NCBI GenBank assembly: GCA_001179505.1
Contig: CDMY01000273.1
Location: forward strand, 62,001 to 126,000
Direction of reading: 5' to 3'
Length of the DNA stretch: 64,000 bases
Origin: Vitrella brassicaformis CCMP3155
Lineage: Eukaryota; Protista; Chromerida
Part shown: positions 26,082-39,208 of the stretch, piece after piece
How the letters are laid out: each line of letters begins with the position of its first letter
Numbering within the stretch: the first letter of the stretch is position 1
Made by a program: the position numbers and the translations under genes
The notes under the pieces: generated by a model
Told to the model about the DNA's origin: nothing
The model's input: the letters and a program-made list of their open reading frames with translations, nothing else
Databases searched by the model: none

Positions 26082-27371
26082 CTACATGGCCCAACCGACA
26101 ATCTCGACATCCGTCGCGTCCTTGCCGTGCTGCCCCTCGCCCTTGGACTTCACACCAGCCGCAGGGCCTTTCCTCGCCTTCTTCGTCTCCCGCAGGTGAT
26201 GCTGATACAACTTAACCGCAGCATGGGCATCCTCTGTCGATGACACACCACACCAGACCACACCAGACCGCACCACAAGACACACAGAGATCGGCATCTC
26301 ATCTCTTTCCTGAATGCAGGATGCCGGGTGTTCGGGCAGGCCCACCGACCGATGCTGTCATGCACGCCGTTTCGGCGCAGCGTGATACCCAGTTCCTTCT
26401 TGGCGAGGCTCTGGAGGGACGGGAGCTGCTTCCGGCTGTGCGGGTAAAGCCGCTGCGTGTCCGCCCATTGGATGCCCTCGTCATCAGCATCGATCTCAAG
26501 TGCCTGATGGAGGGAGAGAGGGAGGGAGGGAGGGATACGACAACACACCATGTCCGTGTGGATGCGCGGGTCGGATACTACCTGCCTGGAAGTCATGGTG
26601 GATGGCGTGCCCAACAACCAGCGCGCCCTTCATCGCGAGCAGAGCTCTCGTGCGGGCCTCATCGAAGCTGATCCCTGCAGCCAGCCAAGGCGTACCGACA
26701 GAGAGGAACACGAAGGATGGATGGATGGGCCATCGCTCCCTCCCTCCCTCCCTCCCTTGTTCCTTGCCTTGTTTGAGCCGGCCGAGTGTTAGTCCAGTGA
26801 TGGATGACCGCAGGTCGGACACGTACGACCGAGGCCGCACCACCTGCATGCCAACACGCATCCTTGATTCACTCATGCACATATCTGCCCCCCGGTTTGT
26901 TTGTGACTGCAACCCTCACCTCGTCCATGACGATGCGGCCCGCGTCGTCACAGATGGATATCCTCGCGAGCTCACTAGTCGCCCCATTTGGACCAACACC
27001 CACCTGTACACACAACACGACACACACCGAGAACCATCAACCACAAACCTCTCGCCTTGTGTGCCTCAGTAAGTGACCGACCATACCATCTCACAGTCGA
27101 GCCCCAGAACGCTCTTGCCGCCCATCTTTCCCTTCTTGTCCGGCCGTCTGGCGCCGGACGATGATGCACGCTGCTGGTGCTGGTGCTTGGGTCGGGCTCC
27201 ATCGTGAGAATGCTTGGCCGCGTCCTTCCTCTTGAGGGACTGCATGGCGGCCTTGAGCTTCGAGATCACGTCATCCTTCTTGACGACAGAGGCTGGATCT
27301 CTGTGGGGACGATCACGATCCTGCTTGTCTGTGGCGTCGTGACGTCGCTTCTTCTTGCTCTTCTTGCCCAT
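26082..27371 (-). CDS. REX4: DEDDh RNA exonuclease, REX4-like
   Basis: Basic N-terminus, then LGLDCEMVGVG, ARISI, DYVSDLRSSITGL, LVVGHAIHHDF, PSLQSLAKKELG and HDSI.EDAHAAVKLY. Confidence 0.88.
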
Positions 27372-27586
27372 GGATGACGTGAGAAGTGCGACAGATGCCC
27401 GTGCCTGCAAACAACTCATCAAAGTGATTGATTGCATTCATTGGCCGATGCGCACCCATCCTATCCTCTCTTACCTGCCAAGCGCCTCAGCTCCTGAGCT
27501 CGCCCACTCTAAGCTCGCAGATGGGGTTCCTCTCTCAATTTTGCATTTCCCCGGGCTTTAGGCGTCGGAGTCGTGACGTGAGGCAA

Positions 27587-29776
27587 ATGTATCGCAAAGA
27601 GAGCTTTCGGGGCCTTCAGGGCCGGCTGCTCGCGTGCGGCATCAACTTTCTGCATCGGCACATCAAGGACGATGCCGATGTGCACGAGAAGATGGCAGGG
27701 AATGCCGTCTTTCGCCTATTCTGCGAGCGCTCCGTTGACATGACCCTGCACAGCAGCCCTGGAGGTGCGCACAGGCGCCTGGCCCACCATAAAGAGCTCC
27801 GGTGTATGTCATCATTTCTTTGCAGACACAGCTTCCTTCATCGTTGATATCGTGCACCGCGGGCTGTTTGGGGTACCAATCAAGTCATTTCTGTCCTTGA
27901 TGCCATCTGCCGCGTGTGCCTCGTCTCGTCAATCAGGTGGCTCCGTTCATCATAAGCATCATCCTGCTCAGCCGCTTCAAGCAGAAGACGCACATCTCGC
28001 TGCACTGTGCGACGTGGCGGCCGCTGTTTCTCTCTTCGCTGCTCATCGCTGACAAGATGTGGGAGGACAAGCCTGTCCGGAACTCGTCCATACCGATGCT
28101 CTTCCCGGCCCTCACCAACCAGGAGATTAATGCTCTCGAGAACACCATCCTGATGGAAATCGGGTGAGGGAGGTCTCCTGCAAGGGAGGAAGGCAGCTGA
28201 GACACCTCAGCACATTGCGTGGTTACTTGCAGCTTCAACTTGTTGATAACACCGACCCTCTTCAACTCCTTCTGCGAGAAGCTGCTGTAAGCACGATGGA
28301 TGACACACTGCCGCATACCTCCTGAGCATCGTGTGGGCTACCTATGTCGCGTGTCTCTGCAGGGCTGAAGCCATTCACCCCGAGATTGAGTTGGTACGGT
28401 CGCCACTTCTGAAGCAATGTCCCAGGGTGAGCATCCGCCCTTCTTGACGTTTTCCCTTCCATCAGGCCCTTCACCAGAGTCAGCTCATGGCTGACCTGAC
28501 GTCGACCACGCAGTACACAGGTGCTCATCAAAAGGAGAGATACTCGATGCATAGCTTAGGCATCGGTCGTGTTGTACAACGCAGATTTGGCTCCATCGCA
28601 GCTGCTAACGATCCCTGCCCCTGATGCCCCGACGCCCTCCAAACAGCCCAACAACGCGAAGCAATCGCACACACCCAAACAGAAACAGGTTGGTTGCCAG
28701 GTAGTCACCGGCGTCAATCGTGTCTCATGTCTCTTGGTTGGCAGGCTCGAGCTCGGTCAGCTGATGGCAGGGCTTTGTCTGTTCCAAGGCGCACGGCGCC
28801 GCGTGTGCAGGCACACGGCGCGGGAAAGGGCCAGGTGGATGGGGTGCGGCGTTTTGATCCTGCCTCAGCAAAACAACTATGCAAGACAGCTCCGATGCAT
28901 GCAGCAGGTCAGAATGGGATGCGATAGACCAGATCATTACGTTGGAGGTTGGACCTCGATGGCTCTTGTCTGTCTCCTTCTGCACAGGTGCTGCCTTTGC
29001 GGCTCCTTCACGCAAGACCGTGGGGGGCACTCAGCGGAGGACTGTGGCCAATGTTACACGGCCAGACGGCCACACCAAGGTGAGTACATGAGCGGGTGGC
29101 GTCGGCCATGTAGGCAGGCATGATTCTATCTGCGGCCTGTGTGGCAGGGCGGCGCTCTGTTCGTGCCCAGCACCTCTATTCCTCATCTGCCTGTCGTCGT
29201 GGCGAGTGGTGGTCGACGACCACTTGCGCACGGCAAGGATCTGCCCAATGGTCCTCTCATCCAACAACTGAAGAAAGGCGAGGAGGAGCGGGAAAAGAAG
29301 GCTTTGGTGCAGGACGGAGAGGCCAGTCCGAAGCACAACGGGGGAACTGGGGGAGATGGGGTCAATGCCGTGTATCAGCAGGGAAATGTGGAGGAGGGCA
29401 CCAAAGCAGACGGCATTGCAGGTCCAAGAAGAGAAAGAGGAGAAGACACAACACACATACACCTATTTGCACCAGCTCTGCTTTGCCCATTGCTGCTGCA
29501 GTGTCTGGCCCAGCTGTCGGCGCCGGCGATCGCCACTCGCGTGATCCTTCGCGAGTTCCCTCCGCCGCTCGCGCTTCCAAGCTCAAACGTGACGCAAGCA
29601 ATCCGTCTCGTCCACGGCACAAGTATTCCACCCCGTTCCCCAACCAGACGAAGAGGGCTCCCCGGGGCACCGCAACGAGCCCAGGTTCGAATGCGATGAT
29701 ACAGCCCAAACAGCCCAAAGCCAAGGCAAAGCAGGCCAAGGCAAAGCAGCCTACCACTCGAGTGGAACCCAAGTAA
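27587..29776 (+). CDS. Cyclin-Y/PHO80-like cyclin with low-complexity C-terminus
   Basis: TWRPLFLSSLLIADKMWEDKPVRN and INALENTILMEIGFNL match the cyclin-Y/P-type cyclin box. 3' exons approximate. Confidence 0.8.
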
Positions 29777-30113
29777 GCACAGATAAGAGGCAGATAAGAG
29801 GGGAGGGGAAACGTCGTATTGCCGCTCAATGAACAGGGTGAAGAGGGTGCCGAGGGCGGAAACTCAAAGATTCGCACCAGCTGTTGGTAACCATAATCAT
29901 CAGGCATTCCATTCCGCCACACCAAGACACACCAAGATACCCACGTATCTGTACTTGTCGCGAGTCAGGCAACCCTAAGGTCGTGTCACATGGTCGGCTC
30001 CACGTCCAGCATCCTCGCGACGAGTGCGTGTCAGATGGGCCCACAACAGAGCGGCCGGGGGTCAGTGATGCGGCCGGAGCGGTCCAAGCCGATCAGAGCC
30101 AGGTCCTTAGATA

Positions 30114-31566
30114 ATGAACAGACACCCAGACATACCTAGCATCCCTTATGGTTTGTGCCACAGAAGCCCGTTTTTGAGAGCCACCCGATTGATGGTCGCT
30201 CACCGTCTGCCCCACCCCATCCATCGGCCCCCCGCATGCCCGCGTTCTCATCTGGCTTGCATTTCGCCGTCCCGCCGCCCTCCCGCGGCACTGTGGCCGT
30301 GCCATACCCGGGGGTCGTCGGCGGCTGTCATCCGGTACCCCAAATGAGCAGGTCAGCCGGGAAAGGGACATAGGACATCTGTTTTATATCACATTATTCT
30401 CCGTTTCCGTCGTTTACAGGTTGGTGTATCCCCCTGCAGTCGATCGCCGGACCCTGCACCCAATCCCACGCCACACACTTGGTGCAAAGGTAAGTTTCTG
30501 ATGCGCTGACAGACAATCGCCTTCCCTCTCTTGTGTCTTCCTCTTTTCACAGCTGCTGCCCAGCCAGACCAACCAGTTCCATGTCGTCCGACCTCCTCTC
30601 GTGCCCTTGGGTCCGCTGCATCCACCTCACCCCCTTCTTGTCGCGAAGGCACCTCCCCCTCCACCGGTCTACTACCCCGCGCCGCCGCCGCCGCCGCACT
30701 CACGATCCCATCACTCCCTCCTCGGTCAACCCCAGCGGCCTCCCATAGCAAGCAATGTGGCGTACCTGAGGCCCTCTCAGAATGTTCGGGGAGAGCATGC
30801 AGCGGTGAAGACACAGCTGGCGACGCATGTGAGGTCGGGACCATCCTTTGGCTCGGCGATTGGCCTTCCCCTGCCACACGGCGTCCCTGCTCCTGCTCCT
30901 GCTGCTGCTGCTGCTCTTGGTACACAAATAAATAATCACGAGACCTTGGTCGGCATGGTTGCATGTTTGTGTCAGGTCGGTCGATTTCTCCTCCCCACCA
31001 CATGTGGGGGGGTCCTCGGACTGTCACCCCGCAGCAGGAGGCGTACATGGCAGCGGAGGCGCGTCGTTTGGCAGCGATAGAGGAGGAGAGGCAGCGGACG
31101 GAGAAGCAGCTGAGAGACAGACACGCCGAAGAGCTCTTCAGACAAATGGTCAGCGCAGGCACTCACACACATCCCTTGACCACTCCTTTTCTGCGCCTGT
31201 CTGTGTGTCTGCCTGTCTCTCTCTGTGTGTGTAGGATTTCCACCAGGTGCAGCGTGCCCGCGACATGCAGATGAGAGGGCTCGAGAAGAGACAGGTCGGT
31301 GGGGCCAACCACACATAGAGAGGGAGGGAGGTGGTCGCATTGCTGTGTGCTGTGGTCATGGTTGTGTCTTTATCATCAGAGTGAGTTGGCCGAGCGAGAG
31401 TTGTCTCGGGCGCTGCAGACGGAGCGCATCAAGCAGGAGGAAATCAAACGAGTCCTCAAGGTGCGTATGTGTATGTGTGTGTCTGTCGAGTAGGGCAATG
31501 GATAGAGCTGCCATTGGTGTGGTGTGGGTGCAGGCCAACAGGGAGCAGCGACAGGCCGACCAGTGA
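30114..31566 (+). CDS. Chimeric gene or pseudogene: Pro-rich N-terminus spliced to a copy of the CFAP53 3' exons
   Basis: Pro-rich exon (PPPPPVYYPAPPPPPH) can splice in phase via GT30829..AG31034 to QEAYMAAEARRLAAIEEER...ANREQRQADQ*, which matches the C-terminus of the gene at 36795-39064. Confidence 0.5.
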
Positions 31567-31670
31567 GGGAGCGACTGGATGAGGGCTGCGGGGGTGGCTC
31601 TTAGTCGGTCTGTCGTGGCTGTCGTGTGGCAAGGCACACATGAGAGAGATTGGACCTCACTTGCTGCATG
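31046..31670 (+). repeat. Left arm of a ~630-bp inverted segmental duplication (partner 36681-37321)
   Basis: Reverse complement of 36681-37321, including three introns and 3' UTR. Exons near-identical, introns with scattered changes. Confidence 0.95.
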
Positions 31671-32294
31671 ATTCATCCATGAGCATTCCTTCATTCATTC
31701 ATGAGTCGACAATTATGTTTGTACGCACAAGGGCGGCCGATCGGTATACACACGGATGCAACACAACGCACCCACATGCACGCATAGCCCCCCCGCCCCG
31801 CCGCACCACACAACATCCTCAATCAGAACAAGGCCGCCAATCAACACACAAAAGACCCATGCCGCCACGTGCAGTGAGTTAAGACGACTGAAGATGTAGT
31901 GTGGCTGTGCTGTGCTGTGCTGTGTGTTGTCTGTCTGTCAGCGAGCATGTGTCTCATCCGTCCATTTGTTAGACAGACCTGCTGTCGGTAGTAGAGGTTT
32001 CGGGTGTGATGTGCGCGCACGTCGATCGAGGCCACATATGTATCCACCCAATGGCATGCAGACAGCAGGGTGGTACTTTCGGACCTATACAGTGGCACTG
32101 AGGGAGGAGGCAGGAAGCAGGCAGAAAGCAACGAAACAACAGTGCACGCTGCCGCCCGAGAAAGGAGCGAGACATAAGCAGAACTGCCCGAGCGGTTTGC
32201 TTAGACGAGGCCTTCTTGCCACTAGCGCCCAGCCTACCCACTACGGTGGCAGAACAGCTGTGTGCTGTCCTTGGGCTGCTCTCTGTGTAGTCGA

Positions 32295-34258
32295 TCAACC
32301 TACATACATCACATCCATGACGCACACAATGAGTGCGTGTATGTCACGCTGATCTAGCTCCTCCCCTGCCCCCATCTCACCCTCTTCATCAGGCTGATGC
32401 TGATGCTGCTGCTGGCCATCGCCCTCGCCCTCGCCATTGCCGTCGATGTCGCCATCCACATCTGTACACTCAAGACACGCAAACATACAAGTGGGCCCAA
32501 CCACACACACACATGTATTCCACTCACCCTCATCGCTGTCGCCGTCATCCGCACTATCGTCATTATCCTCTGCACACACACACACACATACATATGAGCA
32601 AGACACCTAGCCAGGCGGGCTGGGCACTACACAGACCACTTACCCTCACGACCATCGCCATCGCCGTCATCCGCACCCTCCTCTGCACACCACCACACAC
32701 ACACCGATTCATCCGACCGACAGACCGAGGTGGAGGCGGCCGGCTGCACACTCACACACTCACCTTCAATGACTTCCTCCTGCGGGTTGACCATCATGTC
32801 TGCGTAGGTGCTGCCCAGCGCGCCGCCCACCAGAGGGGCGGTGGTGGGCCGGCGGTCCTTGAAGGCAGCCGATGCACCACCCACTGGCGGCTCGTTGGTG
32901 AGGGCACGAACGCACACTGCATTCAGCGAACAGCACACGTCAAAGGACGGCTCCATCACTAGAGGATCTCTGACCCCTTTCTTACCCATGGTCAGGCCGG
33001 CCCAGATGATAAGGGCGATCGATGCGACGAATGGGCCGTCGAACGGCGTCAGCAGCAGCTGCCGAATATCTATAGGGGGATGGCTACTGTCCATCCTGCT
33101 CGCCACGACGGCGGTGCATCCGTTAGGGGGCTGGTGGGGCGAGTGGTTGAGGAAGCCGTCCAGCACACCGCCGTGAGCATGCCTGAACAGACCAGCACAT
33201 AACAGAGGGAAGAGGCCATGATGGATGGATCGATGTGTGTCTGCCTGAGTGTCGTGTTTCCTGCGTACCGGTCCACGTAAACCCATGGAGTGGCGCCCCA
33301 ATTCGCCAGTGGAGGGGCCATGATGACCCTCATGATGGTCCTCATGACGAAGGCCGACGCCGAGGCATCAGTGTTATCCTCACCACCACTTGCCGTCCAG
33401 CCGCCCCCGTGCCAGCGGATTCGGGATCTGACGGGCGGGTTGTCGTTGATGGTGTGTGGGTGGTATGGGTGGGCGGGGGGAAGGGGCGGATTGATGTCCA
33501 GCTCGAAGCCCGGCGCGTCGCGGAGGGCACGCACACCGCCGCCCGGCTGGTCGAACAGCTCAAAACGGCCGTAGTTGCCACCGAAGTCGATGTGTCGGCC
33601 GACTATCTTCCACAACGCAATCACGCGCACATCCGCCAAATAAGCCTACACAGACACCACACAGACAGACAGACAGACAGACACAGACAGACACACACAT
33701 ACAGACAGACCGATGAGTGCCAGCCACCCCACGCCACGCTCATCTGCCCACCTGTTTGCTATCGTGACGCTGCATGTCGGCCACAGCGAGTGTGATCGGC
33801 AGCTGACAGTAGCCCCGCTGCGCCGCCAACTTCAGCGCATTGGCCACCTCAGTCCACTGCTGCGTGTCCACCAGCCAGATGGCCTTCAGCAGCAGAGGGC
33901 GGTCCAGCTGAGCGTCGAATGCGATGATGGTCTGCAGCCCCCGGGCCACCAGGCAGCGATTGAGTCGGTTGCTCAGGACGGCGGCCGAGAAGTCGACTTC
34001 ATAGAGGAAATGGGCCGTGACTCTGAGGCTGCCGACCTCCGACCGGCTGCACACATACACAGATGGCACATCACACCCACCCACACACACACGCACACAC
34101 ACACGCCTGTCAACTGCCGCTCCACCTCCCTCATTGATTGAATTTCGGGTGTGGTTTGCATACGTGTGGAGGGCATCTCTGTCGTCTTTGTGGAGGAATT
34201 CCAGTGTGTGGTCGTCGATAACGGCACCATGGCGGTCCGCAGTGTGGTTGTTGCCCAT
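32295..34258 (-). CDS. Lineage-specific multigene-family protein with acidic C-terminal tail
   Basis: Exons MGNNHT..., SEVGSLRVTAHF...LKLAAQRGYCQLPITL and YLADVRVIALW...NPPVRSRI, a pattern I associate from memory with an expanded Vitrella-specific family. D/G/E-rich mini-exons at the 3' end. Confidence 0.7.
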
Positions 34259-34409
34259 CTCGCCCTCTACGCTCCTGCCGGACGGATCAGCTTCACACTC
34301 ATGCCAATGATGCTATGGATGAAATCGATGGTTTCCATTGTCGAACACTGCAGGAGGTCAGGATTCAGGCTGCCGACTGCGCACTAGTGGGCGTGGCGAG
34401 GGCGGTGGT

Positions 34410-36404
34410 ATGGTAAAACACATTTCGTTCGGTCTCAGGGTTGGGGTGTGGGGTTCGAAACCCTGCAGAGATCTTGGAGGAGAACTTTGTTTATGTACGC
34501 TCGTTCGTCAAAGGCGCTGTCGAAGGGTCGTGCGGCTCAAACGTCACCATTCGCACAGCAGGTGATGAGTCAGAGACCAGATCTTCCGCGCAACGAGCGC
34601 CGATTGTTGTATGTGCTGTGGTGTGCTGTGGTGTGTTGTGTTGTGTTGTGTTGTGTTGTGTCGTGCGGTTGCAGGTGAGGACGGCCAAGCTGCTGCGATG
34701 GGACAGCGACACACGGATGTCCCGCCAGATGGAGGACCTCATCGAGGCCCGAGACTTCCTCGCCTTCTGCCTCGAAAACCAGGGTAGATCAGTCGACAGA
34801 TGCATGGATCCATCCCACCCACCCACTACTCATCAGATGCACTGACCTATCTTCTCTTCTCTCGCTGACTGACCCAGACTCATTCACAAGGCGTGACTGG
34901 CTGGCTTCCTTGACGCTGCTCACCACCAGACGGCATCTCGACATCGGCCCACACCTGCGCAGCCCTCCAACAGCAGCGAGTGGGGGCAGTGCGGGTGGGA
35001 TTGACAGGCTGCCCCCTCAGTCGACGTGTGCCGCCAGCTTCGCCGCTTACAATGAGGCCGTGCTCAAGAGGGTGTCGCTGTTCGAGGACTCACTGCACCT
35101 ACTCATACACAGGTGAATGGGCAGCAGCAGACACTGACAGAGGATGGACACACACACTCGAGATGTGTGTGTGTGTGTGTGTGTTGGCTGTGTAGGTATG
35201 GTGTGTTGTCGTATTCGCCAGCTTTGTGGCGATTGAGCGGTTATGTGGAGTCTCGCGTGGCGGGCATGGCCATGGCCAAGGTGGCCCTCACAGCCTGGGG
35301 CCTCGCAAAGGCGCTCGTCAGCCACGAAGATGTGTGGCGACAGATCGGCCGGCAGGTGACGGTGCGGACGGATGAGCTGGGCGGCATCGATGCTGCCATG
35401 CTGGCCTGGAGCTTCGCACGGATTGAAGTGAGTCAGATGTCCGCCACAGAGCACACCAACCAACCAAACGTGCTTCCATGTTTCCGTTGAGCAGCGCCGG
35501 AAGCCCGCCGAGATCCTTGCTCTCAAGACGCGAATCACGGCGCTGCTCAACAACGGTTCGGCTGAGTCATCATCGCAGCTGACAGCTCAGGATCTGTGCA
35601 TGGCGTTCCGTGCCTTCGCATCACTGACCCCCCGCGACACGGCCTTTCTGTCGGCCCTCCTGGCGGCCACACGACGGCTGGCGGACGAAGAGCGAGTGGC
35701 ACTGCCCTCACAAGTGAGAGAGTGATGGGTAGAGGGGCCTTCGTGTGTGCGGCAGATAGGGATGATTCGTGTGTTGTGCAGGGTTTGACGAGCCTGTGGA
35801 GTGCGCTGGCTGACTTGGGTCAGGCGGGGTGGCGCGACGATAACGCCATCGAGTGGCTGTGTGAGGAGTCCCGGAGGCTCAGGTGACCGAACAACCAGCA
35901 CACTCGGCCTTCCACACATGTGCTGTTTCGTTGTGTGTGCGTTGCGTTGTGTCGTGTGTCAGGTTGGATCACACGTTCAACCAGAACATGGTCGCAGAGA
36001 TCGCTTTGGCCGTCCGGCAGCTGCAGGTCCGCGACCCGCGCATCGTCTACCAGCTCGTGCACTGGGTCGACAAGAAGGGCGAGTGTCTGCGAGCGGAGCA
36101 GCTGCTGACGGTGGTGGATGTCTTCTCGAGCATGGACATCAACCACGAGGGCGCGTGGAAGCGGCTGGGCACTCGTGTGCAGAGGGCGGCCATCGAGCTG
36201 GACATGGCCGATATACAACGGATCCTCCAGGCATTCGAACACGTTGGTAAGAAAGCCCGTGGGAGGATATTGTACAGACGCGCCTCACCATCTGTGTGTG
36301 TGTGTGTGTGTGTGATATTAGGTCAGCTGAACGATCGCGTGAGGGGCGTGTTGTCGCTGTTCATCAGCACCAAGGGCGACGAGATGGCCTATGGCACCAC
36401 ATGA
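34410..36404 (+). CDS. Alpha-helical repeat (HPR/OPR/FASTK-like) organellar RNA-binding protein
   Basis: Repeated helical units such as KVALTAWGLAKA, DAAMLAWSFARI, LCMAFRAFASL, LTSLWSALADL and LLTVVDVFSSM. Multi-exon; ends EMAYGTT*. Confidence 0.6.
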
Positions 36405-36680
36405 CGCGACGTGACGTGACGTCACGCGACGGACCGATCAGATGACCGACGGCCGGCCTGGCTGCGTGGAGTACTTGATGGATGGATGGATGTGCATATT
36501 ACGTCAGTCAATGGAGAGATGGATACTATCGGCGGGCGGAGACCTTTGTGTGTACAGACAGGGTAGATCGAGGTGACAGGCAGACAGACAGACAGACCAA
36601 CACACTTGGCCTACAGCTGCATGTCTCATCGAGTGAGGGAGCAAACCATTGTGTTGATCTGATCCAGGGCATACATACAC

Positions 36681-37321
36681 CATGCAAGCAAGTGAGGTCC
36701 AATCTCTCTCATGTGCGCCATGCCACACGACAGCCACACAACAGGCCGGCCGACTAGGAGCCAGCCACGCAGCCCCGATCATCCAGTCGCTCCCTCACTG
36801 GTCGGCCTGTCGCTGCTCCCTGTTGGCCTGCACCCACACACCACACCAATGGCAGCTCTATCAATTGCCCTCCTCAACACACACACATGCATACCCCCCG
36901 CACCTTGAGGACTCGTTTGATTTCCTCCTGCTTGATGCGCTCCGTCTGCAGCGCCCGAGACAACTCTCGCTCGGCCAACTCACTCTGATGATAAACGCAG
37001 AACCATGACCACAGCACACAGCAATGCGACCACCTCCCTCCCTCTCTATGTGTGGTTGGCCCCACCGACCTGTCTCTTCTCGAGCCCTCTCATCTGCATG
37101 TCGCGGGCACGCTGCACCTGGTGGAAATCCTACACACACAGAGAGAGACAGGCAGACACACAGACAGGCGCAGAAAAGGAGTGGTCAAGGGATGCGTGTG
37201 AGTGCCTGCGCTGACCATTTGTCTGAAGAGCTCTTCGGCGTGTCTGTCTCTCAGCTGCTTCTCCGTCCGCTGCCTCTCCTCCTCTATCGCTGCCAAACGA
37301 CGCGCCTCAGCCTCCATGAAA
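36681..37321 (-). repeat. Right arm of the inverted duplication (3' end of CFAP53)
   Basis: Reverse-complement match to 31046-31670. Confidence 0.95.
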
Positions 37322-39064
37322 CCGCGCTCTACGTGTACGAAAAAGAGTATGTTTACACGAGCTCGTGGGCCCCATGGTTGGTCGTAGATACCATTGTGAA
37401 TGTCTTGTTTGATTTGGTCTCTAGCGGCGGTCTTGTCGCAGACCTGCTGTGCGCGCCCCTCGAAGACCTGCCGCAGCAGCTCGTTGCGCCGGGCCTTGTC
37501 GAGGTCCCACTGCTGCTGACGCTTCTCCCACTGGATAGATACATCATGAGATAAACGCACACACAGGGGACATAGAGCGATGTGTGTGATGAAGGGGCAT
37601 GTTTCTTATGTGTGTAGGTAGGTACCTGTCTTTCCGATTCTTCCTCCTGCATACGGATGAGCACCTCCTCGCTCTCGGCTTTCTGGCCACATACATTCAC
37701 CACCCACAGGCGGCAGATAGATCAGAGAGCTGGAATGCTGTGTGACGCTCAGCCCACCCTCTGCATGTCTTCGACGAGCGCTCTCCTGAACTCATCGTTT
37801 TGCTGCTGTCTCAGCCGCCTCTCCTCCTTCTCACGATCAGCCATCTCACGCTCCTTCGCTAAGGCCAGCTCCAAATACTCCCTGAGACACAGACAGACAC
37901 AACAGCAGGGCAGAGGAACATCCCTTCTGTGTGTCCTTGGTTGTGTCAGGTTATCTTGTGGCGGTTACTTACTTGTCTAGTCGTCTCTCCTCGGCGTCCC
38001 TCCTCTGTGCATTGCCCTGCTGCTGCAGGATGAACTCGTCGAGCTCCTTCCTCTTTTGGAAGTTGCGCTTGGCCTCCTCGACCACCCGGCGCTCGGCCTC
38101 CTCCTTCTCCTGCACCAACTGCTCCTTGAGCCTCCTGCCCTCCTCCTGCTGCTCCTTTGCCGCATCCTGCTTGCGGAGCTCGGTGAGCTGCAGCTGCTGG
38201 CTCAGCACTGCCTTGGTCTCCTCGTTGCGCTTCACCGTCTCCTGGAAGTCGCGGTCCTCTCTGTCCACCTTCTTGTGGTACTCCTGCTGCCTGTTGGGTG
38301 GTCGCATCACAGAAAGGACGGGTACAATTGAAATGCGACAAGAGAGGGAAAGAGAGAAACAACATGTCTGTACCAGAGCGCGTCATAGACTTTGTCGTCC
38401 TCCTTCTCCTTGAGTCTCGCCCGGTTCTTGTGATTGATCTGCTCGTCCCTCGTGGCCAGCACGTTGAGCTCGAACAGCTTGCTGTCCTCGGTGCGGAGCT
38501 CGTCCTGCGCCTCGCGGAACTGCTGGTACAGCTTGGCGTTGACGATGCCCTGACGCTCCTGCTCGCGCTTGGCCTTCAAGGCCAGGGCACGATTGGCCAT
38601 CGCCTGGCGACGCTGATCGGGCGTCTCCTCGCGATTGCGTAACTCGGCCTCATACGCCAAACGCTCTGATTCCTGTAGTGCAACAGACAGGGGTGGGGAA
38701 TGGGGTACTAAGGGGTGAAGGGTTATTTACCAGCAGGTTGATGAGCCTTTGTTGTCGGTCAACGAGGTTTTGTCTGTGTGTGGCCTGCTTGGCTTTGCTG
38801 AGTGACTCTATGCGCTTGGTTGCGATGACCCCGTCGCTCTTCTGCTCCCACTCGGCCTTCTGCTGGGCCGTGTTGAGCGAATGCACATCCTTGCACAGAG
38901 AGAGATGCCGGTCCTCCTGCTGCCTGCATGGCATGGCAATACATGTGGGTCAAATGCGTTATAATAGAGAAAGGTGAGCCAGTGTATGGGGCCTCTCTTT
39001 ATGATCGTTTCTCGTACCTTCTTCTCGAGATGAGGTAGTCGCTGCGACACTTGGCTGTGAGCAT
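36795..39064 (-). CDS. CFAP53: Cilia- and flagella-associated protein 53 (CCDC11), trichohyalin-plectin-homology coiled coil
   Basis: KAEWEQKSD, RQQRLINLL, YEAEL..REET and KREQERQGIVNAKLYQQFRE..DELR align with the CFAP53 N-terminus. Long E/R/Q coiled coil. Confidence 0.8.
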
Positions 39065-39208
39065 GACTTACGCTTGCAACAAACCAGCGATTTGAGCCAC
39101 CTTGCAATGTACTACGTGGCGTGTAGTGTCGAAAAACGGAACGAACCGAGGACGATCCTCGAGTGGCGAGCTTAAAGGCCCCCAACAAACTCATTGCTGA
39201 CTTGTGTC

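Noticed and set aside
36402-36430. GACGT repeats with the palindrome GTGACGTCAC (CRE-like)
   Set aside because: It lies at a stop codon in a convergent region and fits simple-repeat slippage. No evidence of function.
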